DNA of 60,328 bases, taken from an uncultured Nannocystaceae bacterium (lineage in GTDB: Bacteria; Myxococcota_A; Bradymonadia; UBA7976; UBA1532). Made by a program: the position numbers and the translations under genes. Location: the NCBI GenBank assembly GCA_964384025.1, contig CAYLJJ010000029.1:1-60328 (forward strand), written 5' to 3'. Positions 1-10,368 of the stretch are shown one piece after another. Position 1 is the stretch's first letter. Each line of letters starts with the position of its first letter. Below the pieces are notes generated by a model, which saw only the letters and a program-made list of their open reading frames with translations, was not told where the DNA came from and ran no database searches.

Positions 1-675
1 TGCTCAGGGTGGGGCCATTTCTCGGGATCACATACCCCTCAAGTGGGGCCACTTTCGAGTATCAGACCTACACAGAGGATATAATAACAGTAGTTCCTGT
101 TATCATTATAAAAAACGGGTCATTTTGGCTGAAGACAAGGTCAACTCTAACCGAATCCTCTCCACAGATGGTGGAGACAAAGTGGACCTCTACGACGACT
201 ACAATAACCTTAATATTAGCGGAGACTTTGATATTCGCCTGCATGTTAATCCTCAGTGTAGTTCTAATTTAAGTTGCGCCTATGTAGTGAAATACTATTC
301 TGATGCAGGTTTCAGTCCGAACGAAACGAGAAGTCGTGAATCGCAAAAACTGATCGCATGTAGAAACTTGGTAAATTTGGTTGACTATTTGTATATACGC
401 ATGTGATATTGTATGTCGTTGACATTAGAGCATATTTGTTAAACCACACTAAAACTATAAAATTCTCTGCTTTATCATTTATATATCAATGTTATCGGTT
501 TGGATACACAGGATCATCAACCATACCATCTAAGCAATGAGGGGGCTTATCATCGATCCCAGACTCCATATCGCTCACAGGCAGGAGGATAAGGGGAAAG
601 TTTTTAGAGCTTCAACTCCGTAAGAATCTATGATGTGCTCCTCACCCTCATCTAATCAAAGGCTCTGGAGGAGAG

Positions 676-1191
676 ATGTCAGATCTCAGGATTCAACTCA
701 GCGACAACCAGCAACTCTCCAAACATCTCTTGATCCCCAAGATCATCTTTGGGGCCCTCATGGTTTCTATCCCCATCTATATGTTCTTAGGGCAACTCAT
801 CTGCTCTAGAGGAGAGGCTCCCAAGGCTCCTGAGCAGTTCCAACTCCTGATCTATATCTTCACTGGCCTCTCTGGCTTGCTCCTCTTGGGGATCCCTATC
901 ATCAGGAGATTTTTGATGCCTCCCAGGGCTACCGAACCTGCTCGACTGGGAGCAGAGGAGTCGATCTCTACAGAAGCCTTCCAACCGCTCTTCCAGAAAT
1001 TTTTTAGCGCTTCCATAATCTCCTGGGCGCTCAGCGAGAGCATCGCTATCTACGGTTTGGTGATCACCTTTCTCCTGCACGATGTGCAGTATATCGTTGG
1101 CTTTGGGCTCTTGGGGATGTTCTCAATGTCGCTCTATTTCCCTCGACTCTCTCTCTTTAAAGAGATCTTACGTGGAAGCCTGAGGCCCTGA
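676..1191 (+). CDS. hypothetical integral membrane protein (about 4 predicted TM helices)
   Basis: ORF of 171 aa with several long hydrophobic stretches, an AGGAG-like RBS (ctggaggagagATG) and high-GC codon usage. No recognisable family. Confidence 0.45.
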   Translation: MSDLRIQLSDNQQLSKHLLIPKIIFGALMVSIPIYMFLGQLICSRGEAPKAPEQFQLLIYIFTGLSGLLLLGIPIIRRFLMPPRATEPARLGAEESISTEAFQPLFQKFFSASIISWALSESIAIYGLVITFLLHDVQYIVGFGLLGMFSMSLYFPRLSLFKEILRGSLRP

Positions 1192-1201
1192 GCACTCCTT
1201 T

Positions 1202-2674
1202 ATGAAGAGATTTATACTCCTCCTTTTCGCCCAGTTTTTGGCCTGCTCCTCACCCCCTGTTCGTCTTAAGCTCCCTCGCCCCAAGCTGCCTCAGGAGATC
1301 TTGTTCCGAGGCAAACATGACTCCTTTAACCAAAAATATTTTGTTGCTCTTAGAGAGGGCCGCATCTGGGTGAAAGCCAGAAAAGGGGCGAGAGATTGGC
1401 ATCTCTTGGGGGCTACTGGCTTGCCGGAAGGAGACGACCTTGTTCGCTTCCCAAAGCCCAGGCGAATCCTGGAGATCTCCGCCGATGGCCTCCATCTGAC
1501 CGCGCTCTCGGCGGCTGGAGTGTTCTATCGAGGTGACAATCTGAACAGCGCCTCGCATGTGGAGGGCTGGTTTAACTGGACGGACCGTTGGGGTTGGCCT
1601 GTAGGCCGAGGTGAGGGGATGCGCTTAGAGTGGCCTTCAACTTACGGCTGGTCTGTCTCTGACTCTCACCCCTTTGAGGTAGACCATTATGAAGATCCTA
1701 ATGGTACAGAGCATAGTGTGGGCTTGGGGGTCGCTCATATCTACCGCTTGGGTCCCGAGGGCCGCCGCCTTCACTTCAATGATTGGTGGTTGCCCAATGA
1801 TTGGAGCCGTCAAATCTGTGGACCCAAGCAGGGCGCCTTTAAAGCCCTGAACATCAGCACCAGTGCCTCTACGATCTTCCTCATTACCGAGCGAGGAGAG
1901 ATGTATACCCGCCTCTATGACTTTGATACTGCGGGTGAAAATGATCTCCTGACCTACTCTTATATTATCACTGGAGATGATGGCACTACCCGCAAGCTGC
2001 CCGCCGAGCCCTGGCGGCTTCAGCCGAAGACGGGAGGGTTGATCACCCAAAAGATCACGATCTTTCAGGATGGCGAGGGTAACGCTGCGCGGATTTTGCG
2101 GGTGGTGGGTCGCAAGGAAGATCAGGAGGGCTATTTTGAGAAGCGGATCTTTGACACAGTGTGGCGTTTCCATCCAAAGGCAGGGCTCTTAGACAGTCCT
2201 ATCCTTAATCCACCTGGCCGCCCTCCCCCGCCGCTACCGCTTCCCGTTAAACACTTGAACTACCAGGGTTGGCTCTCCTTAGACTCAGAGAGGATCCCCG
2301 TGAAACTCTCCAGCTTCCAGCCCTTCTGCTCCCCTTCAGAGATCAGCCTCTCCTTTGGCGATCAGGTGATGAAGTTGCCCTTTCACCATGTCCATACGCT
2401 GGTTAAGAGGAGGCGTGAGACTCTCTACTGGGAGAAGGGCAAATCTGCGCAGATCAAGGTGTCAATCCTCTTCCCCAGCCCCCTCAAGGCGATCAAAAAG
2501 AGGGGCTGGAGGAAGCGAATCAAGAAGTATCGAGTGATCAATCTCCTGGGCTGGGCTGATCAAAAGGAGATCAGCCTGGAGGAGATCCCCTGGAGCACTC
2601 CATTTCGAGTCCCCGCCCGAGAGAAGCCCCTCTGGGGCCGCTTTAAGATCAGGCTCAATAGAGAGGGTCTTTGA
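1202..2674 (+). CDS. hypothetical lipoprotein
   Basis: 490-aa ORF. N-terminus MKRFILLLFAQFLAC has a signal peptide with a lipobox (L-A-C). No family recognised by eye. Confidence 0.5.
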   Translation: MKRFILLLFAQFLACSSPPVRLKLPRPKLPQEILFRGKHDSFNQKYFVALREGRIWVKARKGARDWHLLGATGLPEGDDLVRFPKPRRILEISADGLHLTALSAAGVFYRGDNLNSASHVEGWFNWTDRWGWPVGRGEGMRLEWPSTYGWSVSDSHPFEVDHYEDPNGTEHSVGLGVAHIYRLGPEGRRLHFNDWWLPNDWSRQICGPKQGAFKALNISTSASTIFLITERGEMYTRLYDFDTAGENDLLTYSYIITGDDGTTRKLPAEPWRLQPKTGGLITQKITIFQDGEGNAARILRVVGRKEDQEGYFEKRIFDTVWRFHPKAGLLDSPILNPPGRPPPPLPLPVKHLNYQGWLSLDSERIPVKLSSFQPFCSPSEISLSFGDQVMKLPFHHVHTLVKRRRETLYWEKGKSAQIKVSILFPSPLKAIKKRGWRKRIKKYRVINLLGWADQKEISLEEIPWSTPFRVPAREKPLWGRFKIRLNREGL

Positions 2675-2754
2675 GATGGGTAGGAGAGTTTAGTCCTATT
2701 GAAGAGGACGTGGGGAGGGAACTCTTAAAGAGTGTCTTGAAGGTTTAGAGAGGC

Positions 2755-3741
2755 TCAGTAGGCGCCGCAGACCACACCATGGGCGACGACATAGATGTCA
2801 CCGGAGAGGTCGGGGACGACGAAGGCGTCGAAGGCTACGTCGTTGAGGTCATGCTTGTGGGGGTACTGACCTGGGGCGACGGTGTACTCACCGTTGCTGT
2901 CCACAGCCAGAGGTGCATTGCCTACATAGAGATGGGTCTCCTGCATGTAGAAGCCCTCGAAGGACTGATAGGAGACTATAGCTACAGAACCATCATAGCT
3001 GACGTTCAGGGTTCCGACGTGGGTGCCCTTGTTCAAGTCGCACTGGCCTGCTCCACCGTAAATCTCAAAGGCGTAGCTGCCAGGGCCAATCGGTCCGTTG
3101 CTCCAGCCCCAACGGTTGAAGCCATCGTCGATGTTGTCTTCATCAAAGTCCGCGCCGATGAAGCAGGTTCCATAGTCCCCGCCGAAGGCGAAGGTGGTCT
3201 CACAACTGACAGGCTCGGGGGGATCGACAGGATCATCTTCACAGGTGAGGGTGAAGTTGAAGTAGGTGGCCCAGTTGCCCTTCACGACGATGGGATCACC
3301 TGCGCCCCAGCCTGTCTCAGTCTGGAAGGTCCCATCGCCGTTGTCGCGCTGCACCGCGGCATGAGCAGCGACATAGTAGGTGGTGTCAGCCATGGGGCAA
3401 GAGAAGTTCAGGATCGAGAGGGGGAGGGTGAAGCTATAGCTCGTGGCGCCAGCGAGATCTTCCGCTTGGTAGGGGAAGTTGCCAATCTTGGGGTTGCCCT
3501 TGCGGGTCTGAGGCATGTCAGCCAAGTCATCGCCAACCCAGAGATGAGTCTCCATGAGACCCCAACCATCCTTGGTGCTGTAACTGACGACGAGATCTTC
3601 ATCCACAACTTCTACGCAAACAAGACCTGCGTCGATGTTTTGTCCAGCGTAGAGGATCTCGCAATGGCTACCACCGACGACGGTGGCTTGCTGAGCGAAG
3701 GTGAAGGCAGGGAAGAGCAAGAGGAGAGAAAGCAACTTCAA
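2755..3741 (-). CDS. secreted protein with an internally duplicated domain (ETHLWVG / ETHLYVG)
   Basis: Long minus-strand ORF. The likely real start is the TTG at 3741, preceded by AGGAG with a 7-nt spacer, giving MKLLSLLLLFPAFTFA-QQ (signal peptide). The ORF-track start at 3882 lies in AT-rich DNA and is probably upstream read-through. Two homologous halves are visible in the translation. Confidence 0.45.
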   Translation of the reverse strand: MKLLSLLLLFPAFTFAQQATVVGGSHCEILYAGQNIDAGLVCVEVVDEDLVVSYSTKDGWGLMETHLWVGDDLADMPQTRKGNPKIGNFPYQAEDLAGATSYSFTLPLSILNFSCPMADTTYYVAAHAAVQRDNGDGTFQTETGWGAGDPIVVKGNWATYFNFTLTCEDDPVDPPEPVSCETTFAFGGDYGTCFIGADFDEDNIDDGFNRWGWSNGPIGPGSYAFEIYGGAGQCDLNKGTHVGTLNVSYDGSVAIVSYQSFEGFYMQETHLYVGNAPLAVDSNGEYTVAPGQYPHKHDLNDVAFDAFVVPDLSGDIYVVAHGVVCGAY

Positions 3742-4075
3742 GGTTGGACTCCTGTGGGCTAGAATTGCGGCCTGGTTGTTAATATGAAATGTGAGTTTCT
3801 TGATGGATAAGGTAGTTAAATTGGTTTTTGATCGAAAGTATTTTTTATGTCTGAAGTTGGAAAACTTCTCTTCCTTCGACATAACAATTGTAATTACAGT
3901 AGCTTACTGCTCCTCGAACAAGAAGAGCATTGGAAGAGTTTTTATAGTTCAGGCATAAAATTCTCTAATTTAAGGTTGCCCACGAGAGAACAAGCATCAG
4001 CTCCAGCCCGAAAGCTTCAGGCAGTGAGAGAAATTCTGCGATGAGATTCGGGCTGTTCTCCTCACAACCAGGAGA

Positions 4076-4684
4076 TTAATCTTTATCCTCCGAGTTCAAC
4101 TCCTCCTCAGGGAATGCTCGCGCCTTGAGCAGCTTCGAGAGGCCAGGGATCCAGTCAGGGGCCATCACAGGGCGACCCTCAGAGCGAGCAGAGACGAGGG
4201 GACAGCGAACGCCGACGGTGTCTAAATGCCGAGGAGCCAAGCTTTTACGATCTGGGGCCTCCTTGGGCGCGTGCCAATCTCTCCAGAGTAGAACCCACCA
4301 CTCCGTTCGAACTCGCACCACCACCGCCGCCAAGAGCCCATGCTGTTCATAATCGTCCAGCTCCGCAGCCTGCCCTGGGATGATCGCTGAGAGAGGGATC
4401 GAAGCTTCAGAGGTCCCCTTGATCTCTAAGAGCCCTCCAGGACCATCAGGGCGATGAAGATCGATATCAACCCCCGCACCGGGCAGATAGCAGGCGATGA
4501 AGTGCCCCTTATTGCGAGGGTGCCCACGGAGGCGACGGTGAGGGGTGGGGCGCTTACGAACACGCCAGCCCCTCGATCGCCACAGCTCTGCACCCGCCAT
4601 CACCAGAGCCTCGGTCTGCTCTCCTTGAGATCGGGCCTTACGCCCCCCTATAACCTGGGCGCGTTGACTCCTCATTGCGCTCAT
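4076..4684 (-). CDS. small PD-(D/E)xK-type nuclease-like protein (Hjc/restriction-endonuclease-like fold)
   Basis: 202-aa ORF. Its ATG overlaps the recD stop (ATGA), implying translational coupling. Translation shows an E ... D(IDL) ... E-I-K spacing (GEQTE ... GVDIDLHRPDG ... LLEIKGT) typical of the PD-(D/E)xK nuclease core. The assignment is by motif only. Confidence 0.4.
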   Translation of the reverse strand: MSAMRSQRAQVIGGRKARSQGEQTEALVMAGAELWRSRGWRVRKRPTPHRRLRGHPRNKGHFIACYLPGAGVDIDLHRPDGPGGLLEIKGTSEASIPLSAIIPGQAAELDDYEQHGLLAAVVVRVRTEWWVLLWRDWHAPKEAPDRKSLAPRHLDTVGVRCPLVSARSEGRPVMAPDWIPGLSKLLKARAFPEEELNSEDKD

Positions 4685-6663
4685 CTTTCTCCTCTCTCCA
4701 AGCTCTCACTGAGCCCTGAATGTCGCTGTGTCTTGCGGCAGACGGCTCGCTCCAAAAGCTCCATCTCTCCCAAGAAGATTACCCCCCGTCGGCTCCGCGT
4801 CATCGCGGTGTAGAGCAGCTCTCGGCTGAGCAGGGGACCATCTCTAAGGGGCAGCATTACCCCTACCTGATCAAACTCAGAGCCCTGAGCTTTGTGTACC
4901 GTCATGGCGTAGCACAGCTCCAAGCGGCCCCGCAGGGAGTCTAGAGAGAAGCATCTTGGGCCTGTCTCGCCTGGAAAGATCACCATCTCTCGCCACCCAC
5001 CCGGCTGCTGTACATGTAAGACCAGCCCCTGGTCTCCATTAAAGAGCTGACGATCATAGTCGTTGTGGAGCATCATCACTGGCGCTCCAGGCAAAAAGCC
5101 CCCATCGGGTGATCGCCCCGCTTCCTGAGCCAGGATGGCGTGGAGGCGTGCATTGAGTCGCTCAGAGCCGGTCTCAAAGCTGCGAGTCAAGCAGAGCAGA
5201 CGTGCGTTGGCCTGCTGTTTAAAGAGCCGCTCCAAGGCGGGACGCTCCTCAAGCTCCAGGCTCCAGATTCGCTCACGCAGGGCACAAAGCGCCTGATCTT
5301 GAGAGCCCAGCTCCTCGATAAGCCACCACCTGAGGAAAGCCCACAGGTTTTGATGATCTGTAGGGAGCAGCTCCACCCCTTGCCGCTTTAACTCAGAGAC
5401 TCGCCGTCGAGCTTGAATCAGGGCTGTGCCTCGCTCCCAACCCTTGAGGGCGGGATCCCCCCGCTTAACCCTCCAAGCGACCTCTAAGATCGAACGCCCC
5501 CCTGGATTGTCTGCGCGCATCCTAAAGTTGCGGCTCAGGCGCAGAGATTTGGGTCTCGCGATGGGAGCAGCGAGGAGATCACGGAAGACCGCCCCCGCCG
5601 CCACCGAGGGGAGCTGGTCAGCATCTCCCAACAGGACCAAGCGACAGCGAGGGGCCAGAGCAGCCGACAGACGCTCCATCAGAAAGAGGTCGATCATCGA
5701 ACTCTCATCAACGATGAGCACCTCAGCAGAGATGGGGTTGTTGCTGTGGTGTAGGAAACGCTCATTCCTGGGGGAGTAGCCCAAGAGGCGGTGCAGGGTC
5801 TGAGGATCGGGCAACTCGGCAGCCAACTGAAGATCTGCCTCAGCAGGGGCCTTTAGAGCAGCGAGCCCCTCGCGAATCGATTCTCGCATTCGCCAAGCGG
5901 CCTTCCCTGTGGGTGCGGCGAGGAGGAGCTGCCTTGGGGCGGTGCCCAAGCGTACGAGAGTCTGAAGCAGGGCCACTACGATAGAGGTCTTACCTGTACC
6001 AGGTCCCCCAGCGATAAGCGTGAGGCTCTGCTGAGCCGCCTCCACCACCGCTTGCAACTGCTCGTTGGAGAGAGAGAGCGCCGGCTCTCTAGGGCAGCGA
6101 ACCACCTCCTCTAGGGCTTGATGTGCGCGCGGCTCAAAGCGCAGAGGGCTTCTGAGTCGCGCTCCTAGGCTACTCGCCAAGCGCTGCTCAGCGGCCCACA
6201 TGCGCTGAGGATAGAGCCAGCCCTCCAAGAGCAGAAAGGGGCGATCTTGAGCCTCAGGCTCTTCTGCTACGATTCCCTGAAGCTGTCTATCCTGGAGCAA
6301 GCCTTGAAGACGCTCAAACAAACGCCTCGCCCAGGGGCTCTCTCTCTCCTGAGGAGGGGGCTCTTGACAGAGGACTTGAAAGCGTCGGAGCAGCTGCTCT
6401 TGAGCTCCAGGGAGGCGCAGCGGCGAGCGCGTGCTGCCTTGGCGCATATCGGCGATACAGGAGAGCAGAAGGGCGGTCACCGCCAGATGATCCAGAGGTG
6501 TTAGATAGGAGAGAAAGCGCGCCATCTCTAACGCCAAGGCGGGGCTTTCAGGCTCCAGATTAAAGCGGGCGGCGTTCCTGGAGAAGGCGCGGATCAGACG
6601 AGCCTCAACCCCCAGGTCCTCTCCCAGATCTTCACGAAAATATCGCTCCCAAGCGCTCTCCAA
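4681..6663 (-). CDS. recD: exodeoxyribonuclease V alpha subunit RecD (RecD1-type SF1 helicase)
   Basis: 660 aa. Walker A GGPGTGKTS; LAAPTGKAA; TLHRLLG; Walker B LIVDESSMID; GDADQL; C-terminal AMTVHKAQGSEFD and RHSGL. The N-terminal region shows the LYxxRMW and AVTALLLS motifs shared with E. coli RecD. Confidence 0.85.
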   Translation of the reverse strand: MESAWERYFREDLGEDLGVEARLIRAFSRNAARFNLEPESPALALEMARFLSYLTPLDHLAVTALLLSCIADMRQGSTRSPLRLPGAQEQLLRRFQVLCQEPPPQERESPWARRLFERLQGLLQDRQLQGIVAEEPEAQDRPFLLLEGWLYPQRMWAAEQRLASSLGARLRSPLRFEPRAHQALEEVVRCPREPALSLSNEQLQAVVEAAQQSLTLIAGGPGTGKTSIVVALLQTLVRLGTAPRQLLLAAPTGKAAWRMRESIREGLAALKAPAEADLQLAAELPDPQTLHRLLGYSPRNERFLHHSNNPISAEVLIVDESSMIDLFLMERLSAALAPRCRLVLLGDADQLPSVAAGAVFRDLLAAPIARPKSLRLSRNFRMRADNPGGRSILEVAWRVKRGDPALKGWERGTALIQARRRVSELKRQGVELLPTDHQNLWAFLRWWLIEELGSQDQALCALRERIWSLELEERPALERLFKQQANARLLCLTRSFETGSERLNARLHAILAQEAGRSPDGGFLPGAPVMMLHNDYDRQLFNGDQGLVLHVQQPGGWREMVIFPGETGPRCFSLDSLRGRLELCYAMTVHKAQGSEFDQVGVMLPLRDGPLLSRELLYTAMTRSRRGVIFLGEMELLERAVCRKTQRHSGLSESLERGER

Positions 6664-6666
6664 GTT

Positions 6667-7704
6667 TTAGGGCTCCTCGGCGATGCCTTGAATCTCGATC
6701 CCCTCCATAACGATCTCGGTACAGAGCGCCACCGCGTTACAGTCCCCCTCTAGATCAGGATCGCAGTCTAGGGCGGTGCCCTCCTCAATGCGAGCATCAA
6801 AGCGTAGCCCCAGAGCTTGAAAGAGGCTCAGAACGCTTTGAGGATCTGAGCCTGGACGAAGGAAATCAGCGAAGCGCTGACACATCCCCTCAGGGGGTGT
6901 TTCATCTAGGGGAAAGCAGTAGTTCAGCATCCCTTGGAGAAACTCCAGAAAGGCAGCCTCTGTAAGATAGCCGGAGAGCTTACCCCCAAAGAGAGCAAAA
7001 CCCGGCTCCCAGACCTCGACGCTGCCCGCCAACTCCAGCTGAGAGATATTGAGTTCAGAGTTCAGGCGGGGCATGGGGATGGGGATATTTACCGGACCAA
7101 ACTCAAGCCACTGCCCCAAGATCGAGAGCTGCTCAAAGAAGACCAGAGCATTCTGCTCAGGATCCTCCCCTATAAAGCTGGAGGGATGCACCCAGAAACT
7201 TCCTCCTTCACCCAGGGCACCAAAGTAAAAGGAGAGATCACTGCTCTCCAGCTCGTCCACTCGTAGACCCTCCTCCCAGTCATGGAGCTGAGCCATAAGC
7301 AGCAGAGGGATCTCCCCAGTCTGAAGATTGGGAGTTACAAACTGCGCTAAGCCCTGCTCTCCTGCGATAGAAGCCAAGAGCTGGAGGCTGGTCCCCAAGC
7401 TCTCTCCCACCAACTCACAGCCTGCCGCGATCGCGCTGGCCCGATCTCTGGGGATCTCCAAGTAGACGATGCGAGCGGAAGGCCCCCAGGTGTTATGAGG
7501 ACCCAAAGGAGGGCCGATGGCGCCCCCTTCACCTCCAAAGCCACCTATACCCCCTTCACCCGCTTGACCAGCAGCACCACCTCCTCCAGTAGCTGCATCG
7601 GGCACCAACCCCTGATCAACATCAGGTGCTTGAGTGTCATCATCATTGTTACAGGCCCAAAGCAGTAGGCTAAGGCCCAGCAGGATGGTAAAGCGCATAT
7701 TCAC
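6667..7704 (-). CDS. hypothetical lipoprotein with Gly-rich N-terminal linker
   Basis: 345 aa. MNMRFTILLGLSLLLWAC lipobox. GGGGAAGQAGEGGIGGFGGEGG low-complexity tract. Its stop lies 3 bp upstream of the recD start on the same strand. Confidence 0.5.
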   Translation of the reverse strand: MNMRFTILLGLSLLLWACNNDDDTQAPDVDQGLVPDAATGGGGAAGQAGEGGIGGFGGEGGAIGPPLGPHNTWGPSARIVYLEIPRDRASAIAAGCELVGESLGTSLQLLASIAGEQGLAQFVTPNLQTGEIPLLLMAQLHDWEEGLRVDELESSDLSFYFGALGEGGSFWVHPSSFIGEDPEQNALVFFEQLSILGQWLEFGPVNIPIPMPRLNSELNISQLELAGSVEVWEPGFALFGGKLSGYLTEAAFLEFLQGMLNYCFPLDETPPEGMCQRFADFLRPGSDPQSVLSLFQALGLRFDARIEEGTALDCDPDLEGDCNAVALCTEIVMEGIEIQGIAEEP

Positions 7705-7933
7705 CTCCAGGGAGGGTATAACAAGGCCAAGGTTCCCTTGACTAGGAGGGCAGAGTGAAAGCGACCATCATCGACAGCCACCACTGGGAAACAGAACAGG
7801 CGGGGCTCGGCGCAAAGAGCCCTGACGGTTCAGCTGAGACATGTTCTAATATTAACACTCAAAATGCATTCTGTACCAACAATACAATTACTACCTACCA
7901 CATATTTTTTATCAATAAAACTTTTTTTTCGAG

Positions 7934-7957
7934 AAATTAGCAAAAAACTGCTAATTT
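7934..7957. promoter_or_regulatory. perfect palindrome AAATTAGCA-N6-TGCTAATTT in the AT-rich divergent region
   Basis: Seen directly. Preceded by a T8 run. Lies about 230 bp upstream of the minus-strand recD operon start and about 400 bp upstream of the MCP gene. Confidence 0.4.
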
Positions 7958-8358
7958 TGAGGATGCCATTTTGAAATAAAGAAATTCCATGGCTGAATTG
8001 GGGTTTACCAATATTTTTTATGTTTGTTTTGTGGGATGTGTTAGGCAACCAATATTAAAACGATTTTGAGTGCTTGCCCAAGAGCGCTTTGGAGCACCCC
8101 TACTTTTTGAGGCCCTCTAACCATCGCCCTTTGGAGATTGACCTATCCCGTTCAAGTTGTTCAGACATAGGACCGATCGTGAAGATCAAGTAAGTTTCGC
8201 GTTCACTTGCAGTGAATCCAAGCGAGGTGGTGATGTACAGCAGGGAGAGCGTAGAGACCCTTCAATAGCTCAGAAAGCAAAACGCTTGCATTTTCCAAAA
8301 AACAGGAAGGTGAGGCTTGATCGGGCATCAGAAGAGCGTCAGCTGTGAGAGGAGGCTT

Positions 8359-10368
8359 ATGAACGGCTCAGGTGGCTTCAGGCTCAGCGATATGAAGTTA
8401 AAGAGCAAACTCGTGCTGGCGGCAGCTTTTCCGCTGATCTGCGTTGTCGTTGTGGGGCTCACGGCGATGCAGAAGGTCAACTCACTCCATGAGACCACCT
8501 CCTGGGTTGAACACACACATGAGGCGATCCAGCTCGCCCAGGAGATTCAAGGGAGCGTCATCGATCTTGAAACCGGCCTGCGTGGCTACTTGATCTCCGG
8601 AAAAGAGGAGTTTCTTGAACCTTTCCACGCTGGCAAGAAGACGCTGAAGTTGGTGTACTCAAAGACACACAAGCATGTGGCGGACAACCCCGATCAGCTC
8701 AAGCGCATCTCGACAATTGAGGCTCTCGTTAACAGCTGGCTCAAGGAGGCGGCGGTGCCCATGATGACAAAGCGACAAGTCATCAATGAGGGCGCTGAGA
8801 TCCTCAAAAACTTCAAGGAGTTTCAGAGCCGCACTCTTGGCAAGGAGATCTTTGATGAGCTGCGGGTTGTGCTCTCAAGGCTCGAAGCCGCCCTGTCGGC
8901 GAGTGGCCACAAGAAGGCGCAGCCTATCCTGCTTCAAATCCTCCTCGATATGCTGAACATGGAGACGGGCCAGCGCGGTTTTCTGCTCAGCGGACTCGAC
9001 AGCTCCCTTGAACCTTTCAAGAGTGGGCAACTCGCCCTTGAGGGGCACATCAGAGCAATGCAGAGCTATGCGCGCTCAAATCGGCTCAGCGCGATGGAGC
9101 CCCTCATACAGCGCGTGGAGGCGTTGTCTGCTCGTTGGGTGTCTGAGGTCGCCAAGCCAGAGATCCAAGCGCGCTATGCGGTCAACGACATCAAAGTGAC
9201 CATAGATGATGTTGCAGCGGTGGTCGAGAGCGGTATCGGCAAGCGTTATATGGATCAGATTCGAGCTCAGATCGCTGGGTTTCAAGACGCTGAGCGAGCG
9301 CTCCTGAAGCCTCGCCGTGAGTTGGCCAACGCGGATGCTTCCATGGCCACCCAGGTTATCATCATCGGGAGTCTCCTGAGTGTGGTGCTCCTTCTCTTCG
9401 CTATGTTGCTCCTCAATCGCGCAGTGGCTACGCCCATCGCGAAGATCATAGAGCGGATGGAGGAGATCGCGGAGGGGGATCTCAGGCAGCGCGTCGAAGT
9501 TCATGGCGTTGATGAGATTGGGCAGTTCTCCTTATCTTTCAACGCCTTCGTAGAGAAGTTCCAGGTGGCCATGCAGGAGATCGCCAACAATGCGAGCCAG
9601 CTCGCGAGCACCTCTGCACAGATGATGGCGGTCAGCTCTTCCATGGCAAACAACGCTAACGAGACAATGATAGAGGTCAGGACCGCCAGTGACTCAGCTC
9701 AAGTCGTCAGTACGAGCGTACACTCGGTGGCAGGTGCGACCGAGGAGATGAGCGCGTCCATCAGCGAGATCGCGCAGCAAGCAACGCGGGGTGCTCAGAT
9801 CGCCAATGAAGCGACCCACGAGGCTGCGGATACGAATTCGATGGTAAAGCGGCTCGGAGAGGCCAGCCAGGAGATCAACGAGGTGACCCAACTTATCTCT
9901 CTGATCGCGGAGCAGACAAACTTGCTGGCCCTCAATGCCACGATCGAGGCGGCTCGCGCGGGAGATTCTGGGCGAGGGTTTGGGGTTGTCGCTAACGAGG
10001 TCAAGGCCCTGGCGGAGCAGACCCGGAAGGCGACAACGGAGATCGCCATGAAGGTGCAGGCGATTCAGACTGAGACAAACTCAGCTGTCCAGTCCATCAG
10101 CAACATCGCCAAGGTTGTTGAACATATCGATGAGATCTCCTCAATCATCGCTGGCGGCGTTGAGGAGCAGAAGGCCACGACCGCCGAGATCAACTCACGC
10201 CTGACAGATGCGGCGATGGCGAGCACAGAGATTTCAGAGCGCTTTGAGGGAGTCACCCGCGCTGCTGTAGGTACAAATGATGGCGCGGATGAATCAAAAG
10301 GAACCGCCTCAGAACTTTCAAAAATGGCCTCCGCTCTGGAGGCCCTACTGAGCCAGTTCAGGTATTAA
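8359..10368 (+). CDS. methyl-accepting chemotaxis protein with periplasmic CHASE3 sensor domain, HAMP and MCP signalling domain
   Basis: ORF 8317..10368. GAGAGGAGG precedes the ATG at 8359; alternative starts are 8317 and 8392. A TM segment is followed by a CHASE3-like region ([20 protein letters not shown] ... [11 protein letters not shown]) and a second TM. A HAMP domain follows, then the highly conserved MCP hairpin ([34 protein letters not shown]). Confidence 0.85.
   Translation: MNGSGGFRLSDMKLKSKLVLAAAFPLICVVVVGLTAMQKVNSLHETTSWVEHTHEAIQLAQEIQGSVIDLETGLRGYLISGKEEFLEPFHAGKKTLKLVYSKTHKHVADNPDQLKRISTIEALVNSWLKEAAVPMMTKRQVINEGAEILKNFKEFQSRTLGKEIFDELRVVLSRLEAALSASGHKKAQPILLQILLDMLNMETGQRGFLLSGLDSSLEPFKSGQLALEGHIRAMQSYARSNRLSAMEPLIQRVEALSARWVSEVAKPEIQARYAVNDIKVTIDDVAAVVESGIGKRYMDQIRAQIAGFQDAERALLKPRRELANADASMATQVIIIGSLLSVVLLLFAMLLLNRAVATPIAKIIERMEEIAEGDLRQRVEVHGVDEIGQFSLSFNAFVEKFQVAMQEIANNASQLASTSAQMMAVSSSMANNANETMIEVRTASDSAQVVSTSVHSVAGATEEMSASISEIAQQATRGAQIANEATHEAADTNSMVKRLGEASQEINEVTQLISLIAEQTNLLALNATIEAARAGDSGRGFGVVANEVKALAEQTRKATTEIAMKVQAIQTETNSAVQSISNIAKVVEHIDEISSIIAGGVEEQKATTAEINSRLTDAAMASTEISERFEGVTRAAVGTNDGADESKGTASELSKMASALEALLSQFRY

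Noticed and set aside
1637-2173. Long antisense or out-of-frame ORFs inside high-GC genes (examples: 1637..2173, 2779..3762, 9076..9504, 21796..22866, 24839..25486, 42587..43369, 43373..44173)
   Set aside because: These are shadow ORFs typical of roughly 60% GC DNA. Each is fully contained in a longer ORF with recognisable motifs on the other strand or frame.
4681-6663. Considered RecD2/TraA-type standalone helicase instead of RecD1
   Set aside because: The N-terminal domain shares RecD1-specific motifs with E. coli RecD (LYxxRMW, AVTALLLS). It also lacks the long RecD2 N-terminal extension.
8157-8348. 63-aa ORF upstream of the MCP gene
   Set aside because: No RBS, Arg-rich composition, and it overlaps the MCP leader. 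Probably 5'-UTR.
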